Assembly (NCBI GenBank): GCA_965113315.1
Contig: OZ220376.1
Reading direction: 5' to 3' (one strand)
From: Podarcis vaucheri
Lineage: Eukaryota
DNA length: 64,000 nucleotides
Position 1 is the first letter of the stretch; every line of letters begins with the position of its first letter. Of the stretch, positions 12,501 to 26,600 are shown piece after piece. The notes beneath the pieces were generated by a model. It was not told the DNA's origin. It saw only the letters and a list, made by a program, of their open reading frames with translations, and searched no databases. Made by a program: the position numbers and the translations under genes.

Positions 12501-15500
12501 CCTGGTCAGGATAATCTGTGCAGTCAAATTTAGCTGCAGGCAGAGAGGAAAAGCAGGAAGGCAGCCAGGTCCCTAGAAGTGGGGGAGGGAACTGGGTGAA
12601 GTCCTGAGCACAGGGCTTTGCAGGAGGGTCTTTGTTTTAAGGCCTTTATCTACTCCCCTTCATAAATATTTATCCTGACGGGGCAGGAGGATGGTTTCAC
12701 AAGGGATTTGCAGCTGGTTTGCCCCCAAAGTCAAGAAGCGGGCAACTTTTGCACCATGCCACTGTAGCAACTCTTAGAGGTGTAATTCCATTGGTTACAT
12801 TGACCCCAGGTAGGCAGGAATCATAGAGTTGGAAGAGACCACAAGGGCCATCGAGTCCAGAGCTTTACCTCTGACACAGTGCTTTGTTCATCAGGATTTA
12901 CTAGGATGACTGTGTCCAGGTCCTCACTCTGGTGGTGGAGGGTCCTCTGACCTAGGGAGACAGTAGAAAAGGCTATGTTCAAAACAAGTGCTCATAGTCA
13001 GTGCCCAAGGGCAAAACAACTGCCTTCAGAACCAGGCCATTGTGGCTATCCAGGAGAAGCTGGAAGGGCTGGCAGTTTCCAAGCTGGCTTCAGCTTTCCC
13101 TGCCCTCTTCCTGGGGGAAGTGACCTCCAGTACAGTAGCCCAGACCAGCTACTTTTGAACTCCCACCCCAGGGAAGCTGCAGGAAGATTCCTTGGTGAGT
13201 GGCTTCAAACAACAAATGAAAACCAAACTAGACCAATACATTTTGGCACAGGCAGTATAGCTCTGCACAGTTTATGCTAACCATTTGGGGGGCTGACTTC
13301 AGCTTTCAGTGGGATGGAAAGTGATTTGCTTTAGGGCTGAAAGGCTGCTCTGGAGTCCTGCAAATTTGAGACGTGTGCTGATGAGGAAGCTTCTTCCAGC
13401 ACTGCTGGATATGCAGATGTGTTTGGATGTTCAATGAGCAAGACATAAACATGCCCATAGCATGGATCTTGCTCTAGCTTCAGGCAGCCCCTCCCCGCTT
13501 CTCAGAATTGTGCAGGCAGTTGTGAGTTTGGGAAATGAGCAGTGTGTGTGTGAGTGTGTGAGTGAGTGTGTGTGTGTGGCGAGGGTTCCTCATGAGCCTG
13601 CAGTGATCCTTGCAAAAGAGATGAGCTGCCCAACCCGATACTTTCACTGGGAGCCTGGGCTCCTGCTGCTGAGTTGTAAAACACTCCATGGGTTGAGCTC
13701 TGTGGCCAATTTAAAATGCATCCATTAAAAAAAAAAGACAGACACACAGTGTGTGTGTGTGTGCGCACACGCGCGCGCCCAGGATTTTGCACTACAGCAG
13801 CTGTTCCTGCTTGGCATCCATCGTACAGCAGCTGCTCTGGGCTCAAAGGACTGAGCTGAAGCCATGAGCTGCTCAATTCCCCTCCCCTCCCTGGCCCTTC
13901 CAGCTCTCCGTATTTCTCTATAGATGAAGATGGACAGAGGATTTTGAAAGGAGGGAGGGTGTTCTGGAAATGCTTTAAAGGAGGGAGGGTGTTCATAAAA
14001 TGCTTTTATGACAAAAATCAAGCACACCTTTCATTCTCTAGGGTCAAGCTCTGGAAAAAATGAGTCATGCTCACTGGAAGCATGAGGCTGCTCTGCCCAG
14101 CACTGTGTGACTAGCAACCCAGGAACTCATTAAGAAAGAAGTGAATGGATATACAAACAAACGTTCCTCCGAGCCACTAAACAAGGAGGTTGAGCCAGGC
14201 CAAAGCTGAGGACCACTTCTCCCCAAAGGCCTCTGCTTAGGAAACCATCTCCCTCTCTCCCTCTGCTGCATCCCCTTCCTCTTTCCTTTCAAGGTCTCTT
14301 GGAAATGCCCTCTCACTTGCCTTGCAGAGAGGATGCAAAACCTCTTGTCAATACTGTATACATTTGCTGAGCAACGGTTCCCCCCACCCCCACTTAACTT
14401 TCTTCTGTTCCCAATCCCAAGGGACCCAGAAAGTGGTGGGAGGGGTGTGGGTGTCTTGCCACTGAACCTGCAGCATTTCATGGATTGCAGGCACTGCAGA
14501 GGAGGATGCTCACCACACTGCTACTGGTCCTCTCCCACTGAAGCCCAGCAGGAAGCGTTTCTGGTTGGCCTTGGCCTCTGTGCCTGATGCCTTAAAGGAC
14601 AAAGCTGGCCACCAGAGAGCACCCTGCCTGCCTCCAACCCTCTGTGGGCCTGCCCAGCTGCTGGCTGCTGCTGCAGCAATTCATGTCAGTAATCTCTCCC
14701 AGGAAAACAAAGCTTGGCTGCTTAGTATTCTGCTTGCATCAGAGGATTTCCTCTGCTTGCAGTTGATATTGCAAGAAGTGGGCAGGGGAAGGAGGCAGGC
14801 CAGGCAGGGGCGTGGAGAAGCCACTAGGTCAAGGACAGGTGTCCAGGAGATGGCAGCCTCTTTTTTGCTAGCCTTCCCACCCCCCATCTCCCCTCCCCAG
14901 CAGATTCCAGAAGCCTCTGCAGAACTCCTGGCTGCTTCCACCATCTCCTGGTACTTGCAGCTTGCAGTCCATCTCTCCTTTCCTCTTGTACTCTCCTCTT
15001 GCAGGCCAAGCATCCCATCTGACAAATGCAAATGAGTTGGCCTGCTTACAAATGTGGACCAAACTAGGTTCTCCAATGCCCCAGTGGGCAGAAGAAGCTG
15101 TAAATGCCTCACAACCTGGTTTCAAGGCTGTCTATGTAAAGCTCCCCTGCAACACCTTTCAGGCCAAAGCTCTTCCAGGCAGCTTGCAAAAGATCTTTAA
15201 ACCATAAAACAGTTTTTAAAATATAAAGGAAAGAATCCAGTTACAAAAACTAAAAACAGCAGCAGGGTAAAACCCACCTCACCACACTTCTAACAGAATG
15301 CAATCTGAAACAAGTAAGTTTTAAAGTCTCATTTTAAAATGAACAAAGATATGGCCATGCAGACCTCTTTTGAGCAAGAATTCCAAAGATCCGGAGCCAC
15401 TCCTAAAAAGGCCTCATCTCTAATGCCTGTTAGCCTGCTGTATCTGGCCACGAGCCTGCAAGGAAGGCTTCTGGGGCCCAGGCAGCTTCATATGCAGGTG

Positions 15501-17613
15501 GTCCATCAAATAAAACCAACATTCAAACCATTTAGGGATGGAAAGGTCCAGATTAGCATTTTAAATTGAGCCCAGAAGCAAATCAGAGCTAAAGGCATCT
15601 GGTATGTAGTAGTGGTGACTTATTTATTTATATTTTTAAAAAAGTAATTCTAAACTACTTAATATTTCAAAAATCTCTAAATAGTGTATGTTATATACAA
15701 TATAAAATCTAAAATACAGCCAATAAGACAGACACCTAAATCAAGCAGAAATTTAAGGGGTTCATACCCATAAAACAGGGTCCAAACCTATGGGTCAGGG
15801 AAAGCCCAGGCTTCTTCTATGCTTTTTTATGCTCTCCTCCACATGCATTCTGTTTCATGTGAAGTCTCCATATTACAGCAGTCTATTCATCTATTATAAC
15901 ATGCTTTACACAGGGGTCCCTTGGAAGAGTTTGATCAACTGATCTAAAGAAATCTAAGGGAACTGGAAATCTGACATCTCCTCAATACCCTGCCTGGCCC
16001 TTGAGACATGGTGCACCAGATCAAGACGTTAGATGGCGCTAGAGCTCTGGACTAAGCCATGCATACTGTGGCTGGGAGTTCTTTGCATCCTCCCTGCCCA
16101 TAGTTAAATTTATTGCAAGAAAACCCCAGCCCCACCTCTACGTCTGCCTTCAAACACCCATGCAAATGGGGGAGGGTTCCACTCTTGCCCTTTGGAGAGG
16201 GGGCAGAATAGAAGCTGGGCAATGAGAGAACCCTTGGCCCTGTGAGTGGGCAGGAACTCCTCTCCTTGTGGCTGACAATGTGTGCCAGGCCAATGGCTCC
16301 AGCAGGGCTAGACAAAGCACAAAGCCATCATCTGTTCTGGATTCCTGCATACCATTCTGATGGCTGCTGGGATTTGGCTCTGTGGCTGACCATGTGGGGG
16401 AAAAGAGAGAGTTTGGCCCTAGAGGGGGCAGTTTTGCCATTGTCCATTCACTTCTTGGCACTGCCCAGAAACCTGTGGGGCTCAACTGATGAGCCCCCAC
16501 TCTTTTTCCAGGAAGATGTCCACTCCCTTTCTGATTCTGCTGGTGGTGGCCTGCCTTTGCAGTACTTCACAGCAACTAGACCTACCTGTAGGATGATCTG
16601 TCAGTAGCTGATGGGTCAAAGAGAACTAGAAAAACAAGAGACACCCACCCCCAAATGCCTAGGAATCTCTGACTGTGGTGGGAGCAGTGATGCCAGCTTT
16701 GCAAGGCGGATGGGTGGCACCCACGCAAAAGAGGGAGCGCAGACGCAAGGTGGGTAACATAGTGAGCCTTCAGGTAATGTTTTTGTAGATGGAGCCACTC
16801 AACTTCTGCTGTCCTCATCTGACTCATCTCCTTGCATTTGAACAATTCTCATCCTAAAGGAGGGGCTGCACCTAGACTATATTTTTTTAAACTTGTTCAT
16901 TAATAAAACTGCTCAGAGAAATCATGCAAGTTTTGGGGATTTGATGCTATTGATATGTGGATGACATCCAACTCTATATTTCCTTCCCATCTAAATCCAT
17001 TCTCTCCCCCCCCCAACTCCTACATTAGCATTTGCAGTTAGCATTGGATCAGAAAAGGGCTAACAAAATGATGCTTAATCCCAACAAGACAGATGTTTTC
17101 CTAGTCACAGAATGGTAGCTCAGGGAAAAGGGATTCAGTCTGCCTTGGCTGAAGCTGCATCCCCCTTGAAAGCTCAGGTTTGCAGCTTGGAATGCTCCTG
17201 GATCCAGCCTTGGACACAGATGTCCAGGTCCTGGCGATGTCCAGGAGCAGCTTTGCTCAGGTGAGATCAGTGGGCCAATTGCATATGGTGAATTCCTTTT
17301 GAGGGATCTTTAGAAAAGTGGGGGGGGGGATTTCCCTATATTGTAATGACTTGGTGCAACCACACTTGGAATATTGTGTACTGTTCTGGTTTCTGTACCT
17401 CAAAAAGGCCATTGTAGAGCTGGAAAAGGTACAGAAATGGCCCCCCAAACGAAGGAGGGAAGGGGTTGGCACAACTCCCCTATACAGAAAGGTGACATAG
17501 TTTAGGGGGGTGAATTGGAATGAATAAACCTAAGGTAGTCATGTTTAATAATGTCAGCCCTCTAAGTCTTTTTAGTTTAAGAAAAGGGTAAGCAGTGTGT
17601 GTGTTGGGAGAGT

Positions 17614-17651
<38 letters not shown>

Positions 17652-20600
17652 ACGCTTAGGGAAATAATACAAAGTTTTAAAACATACCATGAAGAAAGCA
17701 GCCTTAAAATGATCAAATACAGGAAATGAGTTTGTCCTCCAGAACTCCATGAGGCGTGCCTTTGGGAATGCAAAATTATTTGCATCTGGGGTGCAAAATC
17801 CACTCCAAAATTTGCATAGCAGGTTGGCCTCCTACACTGGGTCTACTCTGGCTACTTTGGAACCGCAGTGGAAGCAGTTGCCTTATACAGAACCAGACCA
17901 ATGGGGTCCATCAAACTCAGTTTTTTATACACTGACTGGCAGCAATGAGACTCCAGGATGTCAGGAGGCATTCCCAGGTCTACCTGGAGATGTCATCAAG
18001 GACTAAGCCTGGGACTTTTTGCAGACAAAGGAGGTGATCTAATGACTGAGGCACCACTACCCTTCACCTTTCAGAGCTGGAGAAGCAGGGAAGCGATTCT
18101 GGATGCAAACTCTGGCTGTATCCTTCTGCATAACTAACCCAGTCCTTACCCTCAGAGGTAATTGCACTGCACCTTGGCCTTTATGACTGAAGGAAGATTA
18201 AGAATTCAGTCCTACACACACTTACCTGGAAGTAAGTTCCAGATAACTCAATGTGGCTTACTTCTGAGTAGCCAAGCATAGGGTTGCAACCAGGCCTCCT
18301 GGCTCCCTGTAATGCCCAGCAACCTCTGGCAATCAAATTGATATTCTTCTCTAGTGTTGAAGCGTTTGCAATGGATGGCCACAGGATGCCACTGGAAGCT
18401 TCTGCATGAGGAAGCAGCTTCCCCACCCCAAGATTTGGCTTCCTTTCCATTCTGCCTGATAAAGAGGGTTGTATGGCTCAAAAGCCTGTATCTCCTCCAT
18501 ACCAGCCAGCTGATCCAATAAAGATAATGCCTTGCTTAGGGCACAATCCAGCCAAAGCTAAGCACCTTTAAGTCCCACTGATTTGTTCTTAGACAGATGT
18601 TCCAGTAGCTTCAGATAGTGACTTTCACGGATTGTCCACATGCAGGAAGAAAAGCCTTCCATCAGCAGGAGGCTTCTGGGGCCTCCTTTCTTTGGCTCAG
18701 CCAGGATGGTCCAGGCCAGACAAAAGGAAGGACTCTTTCACACAGCAGCACAGAGGTAAACCCTGAAATGCACTCCTAGGAGAGGCAGTGATGGTGGCCA
18801 CAAATGGGGAAAACTTGAAAAGAGGAGTGGACAACTTCATGGAGGGGGATAAGGTTACCAATTAGTGCAAGCACAAATGGCTGTGTTCTCTGTCCAGGGT
18901 CAGGATGCTGAGAAAATGTGGAGGAGCACTGTGCTCTTGTCCTGCTTTTGAGCTGCCCCTCGGGGCATTTGCTTGGCCACTGTGAGAACAGAGTACAGAA
19001 CCAGCTGAGCCCCCTTAGGCCTGATCTTGCAGCTGCAGGGCTCCTCTAAAGTGCTTAGGACCCTTGACTAGGAAGGGGCTTCCAAGAGGAAGGGGTGGGT
19101 CAGAGAGAGACCCACTGGGGTGGGTCAGAGAGAGAGAGAGAGAGAGATTGACCTGACTGGCAGACAAGATGATGCTTGGCACTCAGTCCGGCCTCAGCCC
19201 CAGCAGCACCGTGCTGCTGGCATCCTCACTGGCACCAGAGGGTGGGGCACCCATGTTGGAAGAAGAGGGGGAACTCCACGGGACTAAGCTGAGACATCTG
19301 AGCAACAACGCGGGGAACGACGGGGCTGGGCAAGCAGGCCAGGAGAAAGCATGTGGGGGGGGGGGGCGCAGTGCTTCTTTCCAATCCATCGAGGGCATCT
19401 CCGGCAGCGTTCAAGAGCTCTTGGAGAACATCCCCCCTCCCGCACCGCTTCTGGAAGCATCGGTGTCTGAGAAGGCGGGGGCTGGTCCCGGAGGAGGCGT
19501 GCTCCCAAGGGGTCCGGCAGGCCAGAGGCCGCCAAGCTGACTCCCTGCGCCCCCCACCCCACGCGGCACTTGGAGCAGGCGGGCGCCAGCTGCAAAATTT
19601 GCCGCAGTGTGCGCGCCTCGCGTGCGCGCTCAAGAGCCTCCGCCACCGCGTCCCCCCTCCCCGGCAAAGGCGAAAGGGGGCGCTGGCCGGACCCTTTCCC
19701 GGAGGCCTTGATGGGCAGGCTAGCTAGCCAGCCTGCGAGCTGCCCCCTCCGGAGCAAAAGCACCAGCGCCTCCGCCTTCCAGTCCCAGGAGGGCTAGCTG
19801 GCCCATCTGCCCAAGACCAGCCCCCCCCCCGGGCAGGGATACCCCTCGGGGCACGTCCCCGTGGGGGGAAGCAATGAAGCCCGGGGGGCGGGCAGCACCT
19901 GCGGACGAGGATGCTGCTGCGCCCCCTCCCTCCTCTCCCCACTCCGTTCCCTTCCGGAGGTCGGGCATGCGGGGTGCAGCCCCCCTTCCGTCCCCCGACG
20001 GGCCTCCTCTCGGCCCGTGCGATGCGCGGAGGGCTCTGGCCACCCTCGTCCTCCCAGGATCCCACCCCTCTGGCCGGCTGGCCGGCCGCGGCCGGTCCCA
20101 TCCCCGCTCCCCCCACCCCATGCACGTACCCGGTGAGGTGGCGACGCGTCCCTCCGCCCTCGGCTGCCCTCCGCGACGATGCCGGCTGGGCCTGGGCTGC
20201 GCCAGGCAGCTGCTGTCAGTGCAAAGCGGCGGCGGCGAAGTGGGGGGGAGGAGGGGGCGGAGCTGCTCCCTCCCCGCCCCGGCAGCCTTAACCCCTCGTG
20301 AGCCGCGGCAAGGCCTCCGAACTGCCCAAGCGCACAACTGAGCAGGAAAGGGGCAAGAGAGGGCTGGAAGTGGGGGGCGTTGCACGGCTCTTCCGCAGGA
20401 CGGAGCTCGCTCAGGTTGTGCATGCAAATGGAGCCACTCCACTTCCCTCCTGCAAGACCTGGGGAAGGGGAGCCCGCAAGTGCTGTTCTAGAGGATGCAT
20501 CAACAGTGCAGTCAAGTCGTCTCCAATGGGGCTTCCTCCCAAGTCAGCGAAACGGGCTGCTGTGAAAATGGAAGAGAAGCCAGATTCCCTGGGAAATGTG

Positions 20601-23600
20601 GGGAGCTGTTTCCACACAAGAAAATAATGCCCAACTGCAGAGATAATTATTTTTTGGGGGGAGCAGGATTTGGCATGCCTGAGCTGAGCCCACATTTGGA
20701 TGTGCTTTAGCATACATCCAATGTCACCATCTGGTGCCCAAAGGGAACCACAACAGGAGGCATCCTCCCATCATTAAACCATGCTTGGCTGTCATCTTGG
20801 GCCTGGAAATGAACGTACAGATCCCATATGATTAAGAGAACCGAAATGAATTACAGGTCCTCTTAACCCCAGTTGCTGCCCGGAGGGTCTGCTAAGCTCT
20901 GCCAAGCTGGTTGTAAATAAAAAGACAAGAGAGATGGGAGGAGTTTGCGGGCTTGAAGCAAGAAGTTCCACTTCTGTGGCCAGTAAGCCACTCTGGCCTC
21001 GGAGTGCTGTTCATGGCTGTTGGAAGGATTTGCTGGCCTGGAAGGAAGAGGAGGTGTTGCCACATTCAGAGCAATTGGCAACAGGAAGCCTTTCAACTGG
21101 CCAGGCCTAGTATGTGCTTGGCCACTCCTGCTATAGCTTCTGCCTGTCAAGCCCAGCTCAAATCTGGTCTAATTAAGGTGTCCAGGGAGATGTCCAACCT
21201 AGTCCAGGCAAGGGATGCATTTAGTGGACTAGTTCTGTTAAGGTTAACAAGAACAGGAAAGCAGTTAAACTGTTGCTGTTCTTACTGATTAATTAATTTA
21301 CATGTAACACCACCATTAAGAAATCACCATTAAAAAACACTAATTCTTAATGTTGCCATTTCTGGGGTCTTATTCTTCTTTTGTGTAGAGGCTGGCTTGT
21401 TCATCTTACTCAAGATGTGGAAGATCAGATATTGTCCCAGAATATCTCTAGCAGTGGCAAACACACTTGAGTTGTGCTTCTCTGTCCAGCACTGAGAAAG
21501 CTGAACAGGGAGACTGGGACATCATCTCCATCAGTATAATGCATTCCAGCGAATGCAGCAAAACTCCAGGAAATTAAGATGTCTACAGAACAGGATATCC
21601 AGCTGATTCCTGACAGATGACCAGCTTGGTGCCTGTGAGGGTAGAGGTGTGATTTTCAGCTTGGGAAATACATTTGTGTCTTAGAAGGGCTTTGCATATA
21701 ATGGAATTCCAGCCTCTTCATGGAAGAGAGTAATAGGGAAAATTCCATGCCTCACCTACAGGAGTTGACAGGTGCCTATAGCTGACTTGGAAGTGAATGT
21801 ACTGAGCTGCAATGACTACACAATCCAGGGAGGTTCTATATGGAAGAGTGTGATACTTTCATAAGAAACAACAATAAATATTGTATAGGTGTGTCATCCT
21901 CCTTCCCTCTCTTTGCAAAGATCAGGGGTGAGTACAGATCTGCCTGAAGGCAAAACAGCACCATCCACTAGGGATGGGTGGGTATCATTATTTCAGATTA
22001 TCAGTTTTCCATTCTTAAATTCAGATTTTCACAGATTAAATTCAGATTTCAGATTGCTTCATATCCACGGAACCTGTGGTCAGTTGGCAAATAAGGCATA
22101 AGGAGAGTAGGAGGTGAGCAGCTTGGCCTCTGTGCTGCTGTCTCCTCCTCCAGTCTCTCTTGATCCATTTCACTCCACTTTTTCCAGCAAAAGAGAGACA
22201 CCCAGATACAGAAAGGACAGAGATGACCATTGTGTTGATAGGCTAAATTGCTCAAGGGATGAAAGTAAGAGCGACCTATAGAAATTAATGGAGAAGTCCA
22301 ATATTTTAATATAGATAGATCTGGGCAGCAGTGTGTCCATCCATCCTCCAAAAAAAATGTTAGAGCAGAAACTCTTTCCTTTATTGCAAATTCATTTCTT
22401 ATTTCGTGTGAAACATTTTTAAATTATCCCTGCTAATACAAACTCCAAAGCAAATACTGTTCATTAACTCCTTGGCAGGGGTTGTGGCTAGCAGGGAGTG
22501 GCAGTGCAGCTCACACTGAATCCTACGGTTTCCAAAAATAGGGGTCTAATACTTGTCCACAGCTGTTAGGCCCCTGTTGCAGGTTGGGTGGAAGCTGAGA
22601 GTGCAGCTTACACTTTTGCCATGATATCCATCATTTTATGCTTACATTGCAGATTGAGCTGGGAAGCATTAAACAAGGATCAGCTCACTGTTATACCCCT
22701 ATTGCTGACTGGAAGACTGTGGCAGGACAGAGTAGTGTATGGCAGACCTTCAATGCTCTTAATATTTCAGGTCACCAGCAGGGCTGAGGCAGATTTGGAT
22801 TCTCACATTTGTCAGGTTGCAGCAAATCTGTCATGCACTCAGCTCTCCATTGTGGCCTAGCCAAGCACTCAGCTGCATGTAGAAGATGTGGGACATTAGA
22901 AATACATATTCTTAGAAATTCAACCTTAGAAATACATATTCTTGCTAGTTAGCATGAGAAGGGGCTAACACCACAGAGATGTATTGTTGACAGGCAGATG
23001 CTCAGACCATAGAAATACAATTGGTAGACATTCCCCCCTCCTTTGCTGTAGAAGGCGCATGTAGCATTTCATGCTTCTTCCTCCCTCCCTTTCTTTCTTT
23101 GACAAGCGTTGGATACAGACAAAGCTTTGGGCACATGGCTGAAGTTGATTATACTGTAGATATGAATACATGTTTTACCTGCATAGTTTTTACTGCTGCC
23201 TTTACTGTGAACCAGTGGAAGGTTATAAAGTAAGTAAATCTTGTTTTAAACTTACTTTACAAGTTGTTTCTTGATTCTTTGTTAAGTGGGGTAAGAAATA
23301 GAAGACCAGGTTATTTCATAGCTGAACTTGCTCAAAAGTAGGCTTTACAGTGGACTTTAAAAGCAGGCATTAAAGTAGACCCTCCTTCTATGGAGCTTTT
23401 TAAGCAGAGGTTGGATGACTATCTGTCATGGATGCTTTAGCTGAGATTCCTGCATTGCAGGGGGTTGGACTAGATGACCTTTGGGATTCCTTCCAACTCT
23501 ACAATTCTATGATTCTACAGCCTAATTCTTATGCTTTAAATTTTTGCTGCCAATTATGGGATTTTAAAACTCTGTTCAACCTACACACGTGGGAGCCAGA

Positions 23601-26600
23601 AGGGATAAATTGCAGTTAATATATCCTCTCCTACCCATAAAACTCATCCTACAGAAGCCTCCCGTTCCATTGACTTGCATGGAGACTTTGAAATGTCAAA
23701 GAGGTGATGACGCGTGAGCTGAAATCTCCAGGGATCTTGCAGCCCAGAACCTGTTAGAAGCAAGATTGAGCTCTGTGTAGATCTAGCCATGAACCAAAGG
23801 CCAGGATACCATGGGTAATGAGCTGCACACAAACTCCTGACTCTCTTGCTGTCCTTCCATGAAGGGAAAGCACCAGGAGACAGGTCTGTTTACATCTTTT
23901 CCTGCATCTCTGACTTCTCGCATTCTTCAGGGTTGTCCCGCCTTGCTTTAAACAAGCTGCTTCCCCAATTTTTCGTCAGCACTGACCATGGTTGCACGTA
24001 AGGAAGTGGATGTCAGTCACCAAAGCTTAGAAAAATAAATGAGACGTCAACAAAGAGTGTTGTGGCACCTTAAAGATGGAAGTGCAACACTCTTCGTTGA
24101 CATCTCTTTCTTTCTTAGTTCAGTTTGCTCTTCCATGAATTAACTCCTGTGGTTTTGAAGTCTCTTTTCCATGGCTACCTCTTCTCAGGTTTCTCCTTCC
24201 GCTTGGAGACCTGATATAGTTCTCTGTTCTCAGCCCCCTCCCTTTGTTCCTTCTAGGCTATCTCTGTGGTGTTATGCTGATGATATCTAGCTTGATCTTT
24301 CCGCCCTTCTCTCTTCATTCCTACAAGGCCAAGGTCCCTTTGGCACCATCCTGAAGGATGCCCAATTTCAGGCTGCATCTTGGGGCAGGGAGAGCATTGA
24401 CCAGGGCAGCAGCTTCAGCTTTATTTAAAAAAATAAAAAGAGAAGAAGAATAGTTGTAGGCAGTGCTATTTTTCTAGAAAAAGAGGTCCCGGAATTCACC
24501 AGGAACACCTCCCCTTGTTCTCTTATAATGGCAATGGGCCCACCTGAGAGGGGCCAGAACTGAGCCCTGGTTGTAGGAGATGTTGGCTCAGAAGAAGCAG
24601 AGCTCCAGCTGCCACCACCCTGCTTCCGTCTCCTCAGGATGCCTACCATGACCCTGAACCCAAGCAGTTACCAGGAATCTTGAAGCAGAAGTGGAAAATC
24701 CTGCTGCACCAGGCATAGCAGGAATACAAACAGAGAAGTGGCTAAACTTCAATTCCCAACAATGAGCCTTAGTCTGTATCTGACCCCCCCCCACCACAGA
24801 CAACCCCACAAAGATAGCACTTCTGGAGCCTGAGTCCCACAAGGAACCCTTGACACCCCACCCCTACCCCACTCTCAAGCATGGGCGATACAGAAAGCGG
24901 GAGAGGATGATGATAATAATAATAAAAATAATAATTTATTTATATGCTACTCATCTGGATTCGGTTACCCCAACCACTCTCAAGGTAACAGGGTGATAGG
25001 TGGGATCCAGGCCAGAGGATTGGCTTCAGGGAGTCTCCACTCTTGAGGAATGGGGAGATCTGGCCCAAGACCAGGGGTCCTCAAACTACAATCCATGGGC
25101 CAGATCCAGCCCGCCAGGGTCCTAAATCCAACCCGCACAGCCATTGCAGAACCCAAAAGAGAGGAGGAAGCAGGGGAGGGGGAAAAAAGGAGGGTGTTTA
25201 TGAGGCGCCCTTGGAGGCTGGCTCTTCATTCATGTGGTGCGCCACTGCCGCCTGCCTCAGCCCTCCCAGTCCTCCTCAGTTGGGTTGCCCTCCTCCTGCA
25301 AACGGTGGGGGGGGGCACAGCGGGGCTGGACCATGCAGTGGCAGCAGAGCCTACTTCCTGTGAGGAGAAATGGGGGGGTCGCCTTCTCAACCCCCCCTCA
25401 CTTGAATGGGCAGGTGTTTTGTTTTTTGGGGGTGGGGGAGGAAAGGCAAGGAGGGTTCTCCCCCTCCCACAACCACTTCCCTCCTAACGGTCGGGAAAGG
25501 GGAGGGGGTGAGCCGGATGTTTAGGGGGTGCTGCCAGGCGGGAGCTGGTGTGGAGCGAACACCCCCCCTTCCCCAATGCTGCTCAGGCCCCCTGCTGACA
25601 AGCTGCGTGGTCTCCACCGCCAGCCCTCGACTGCCACAGCCTTGTGGTGGGATCGCAGGCATCTCTTTCCCTCCCTCCTGCTCACACAGCAATATCTCAC
25701 CCTTTCCCCTTCAAAGGTGTGTGTATTGAAATGGGTGTTTGTGTGTAACAGCACATTTTCGTAGCCTTCGGTGGCCCCACCCCAAAATATTATATGCAAA
25801 TGCAGACACTTCGAGATGGGATCCCCCTACCCCACCTTATCCCCCCCCCCAGCTTAGGCCTGGCTTGTTTATGTTGATTAAAATTGTTCTTCATTTTAAA
25901 TATTGTATTGTTTTTCCTGTTTTTGTGCACTACAAATAAAATACGTGCAGTGTGCATAGAAATTTGTTCATATTTTTTTCAAACTGTAGTCTGGCCCCCA
26001 ACAGTGTCTGAGGGACAGTGAACTGGCCCCCTGTTTAAAAAGTCTGAGGACCCAATACAAACATAAAAAGTCAGTGGAGTGCAGCATCTCCAAGCTGCCC
26101 ATTTGGAGCTGTCCATGGTGCTGCGACTGCAGCCTGAGGCTGCTTCCTAGCCCCCAACTTGGACTCCCCCCACCCAACTTGGAGGAGCCCATTGTGCCCC
26201 ACAGACTCTCCCTTGGGGCTGGGTCAGATGCCACTAGCATCCCAGTGCACTGTAGGAAAGAGTAAGGCTGGCAGCAGGCAGAGCTCTGCTCCTATTTCTG
26301 AAGCCACCAGGAGACAGCACATCACCCCAGAAGCCTCCCTCAAAGCTGACAGTAGGTCTGGGCACAAATGCAAATCTCAAAAATTAAGATAAACAAGATG
26401 GGCACTGACCTTTGACCTCTGATGAAAAATGTGCAAGATGACGCGTAACAAACAGTCTCAGTTGCTGATTAAGGTCACAGGAAGAGAGGTCAATGTCCCA
26501 TGAGCGAAGACCTGTTGAGACAAAGGGAGAGAGGAATGAGTTCATGTGCTCTCCTAGAAGAGACCAAAGCTGTACACTGTGATTCAGAGGAACACAGGCC

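Noticed and set aside
19169-20627. Overlapping 100-240 aa ORFs in the internal CpG island as a nested gene
   Set aside because: Stop-poor GC-rich DNA, mostly non-ATG starts, low-complexity translations with no family motifs.
22895-22945. Short direct repeats (TTAGAAATACATATTCTT twice; similar at 22015-22055)
   Set aside because: Ordinary slippage duplications; not CRISPR-like, and the context is eukaryotic.
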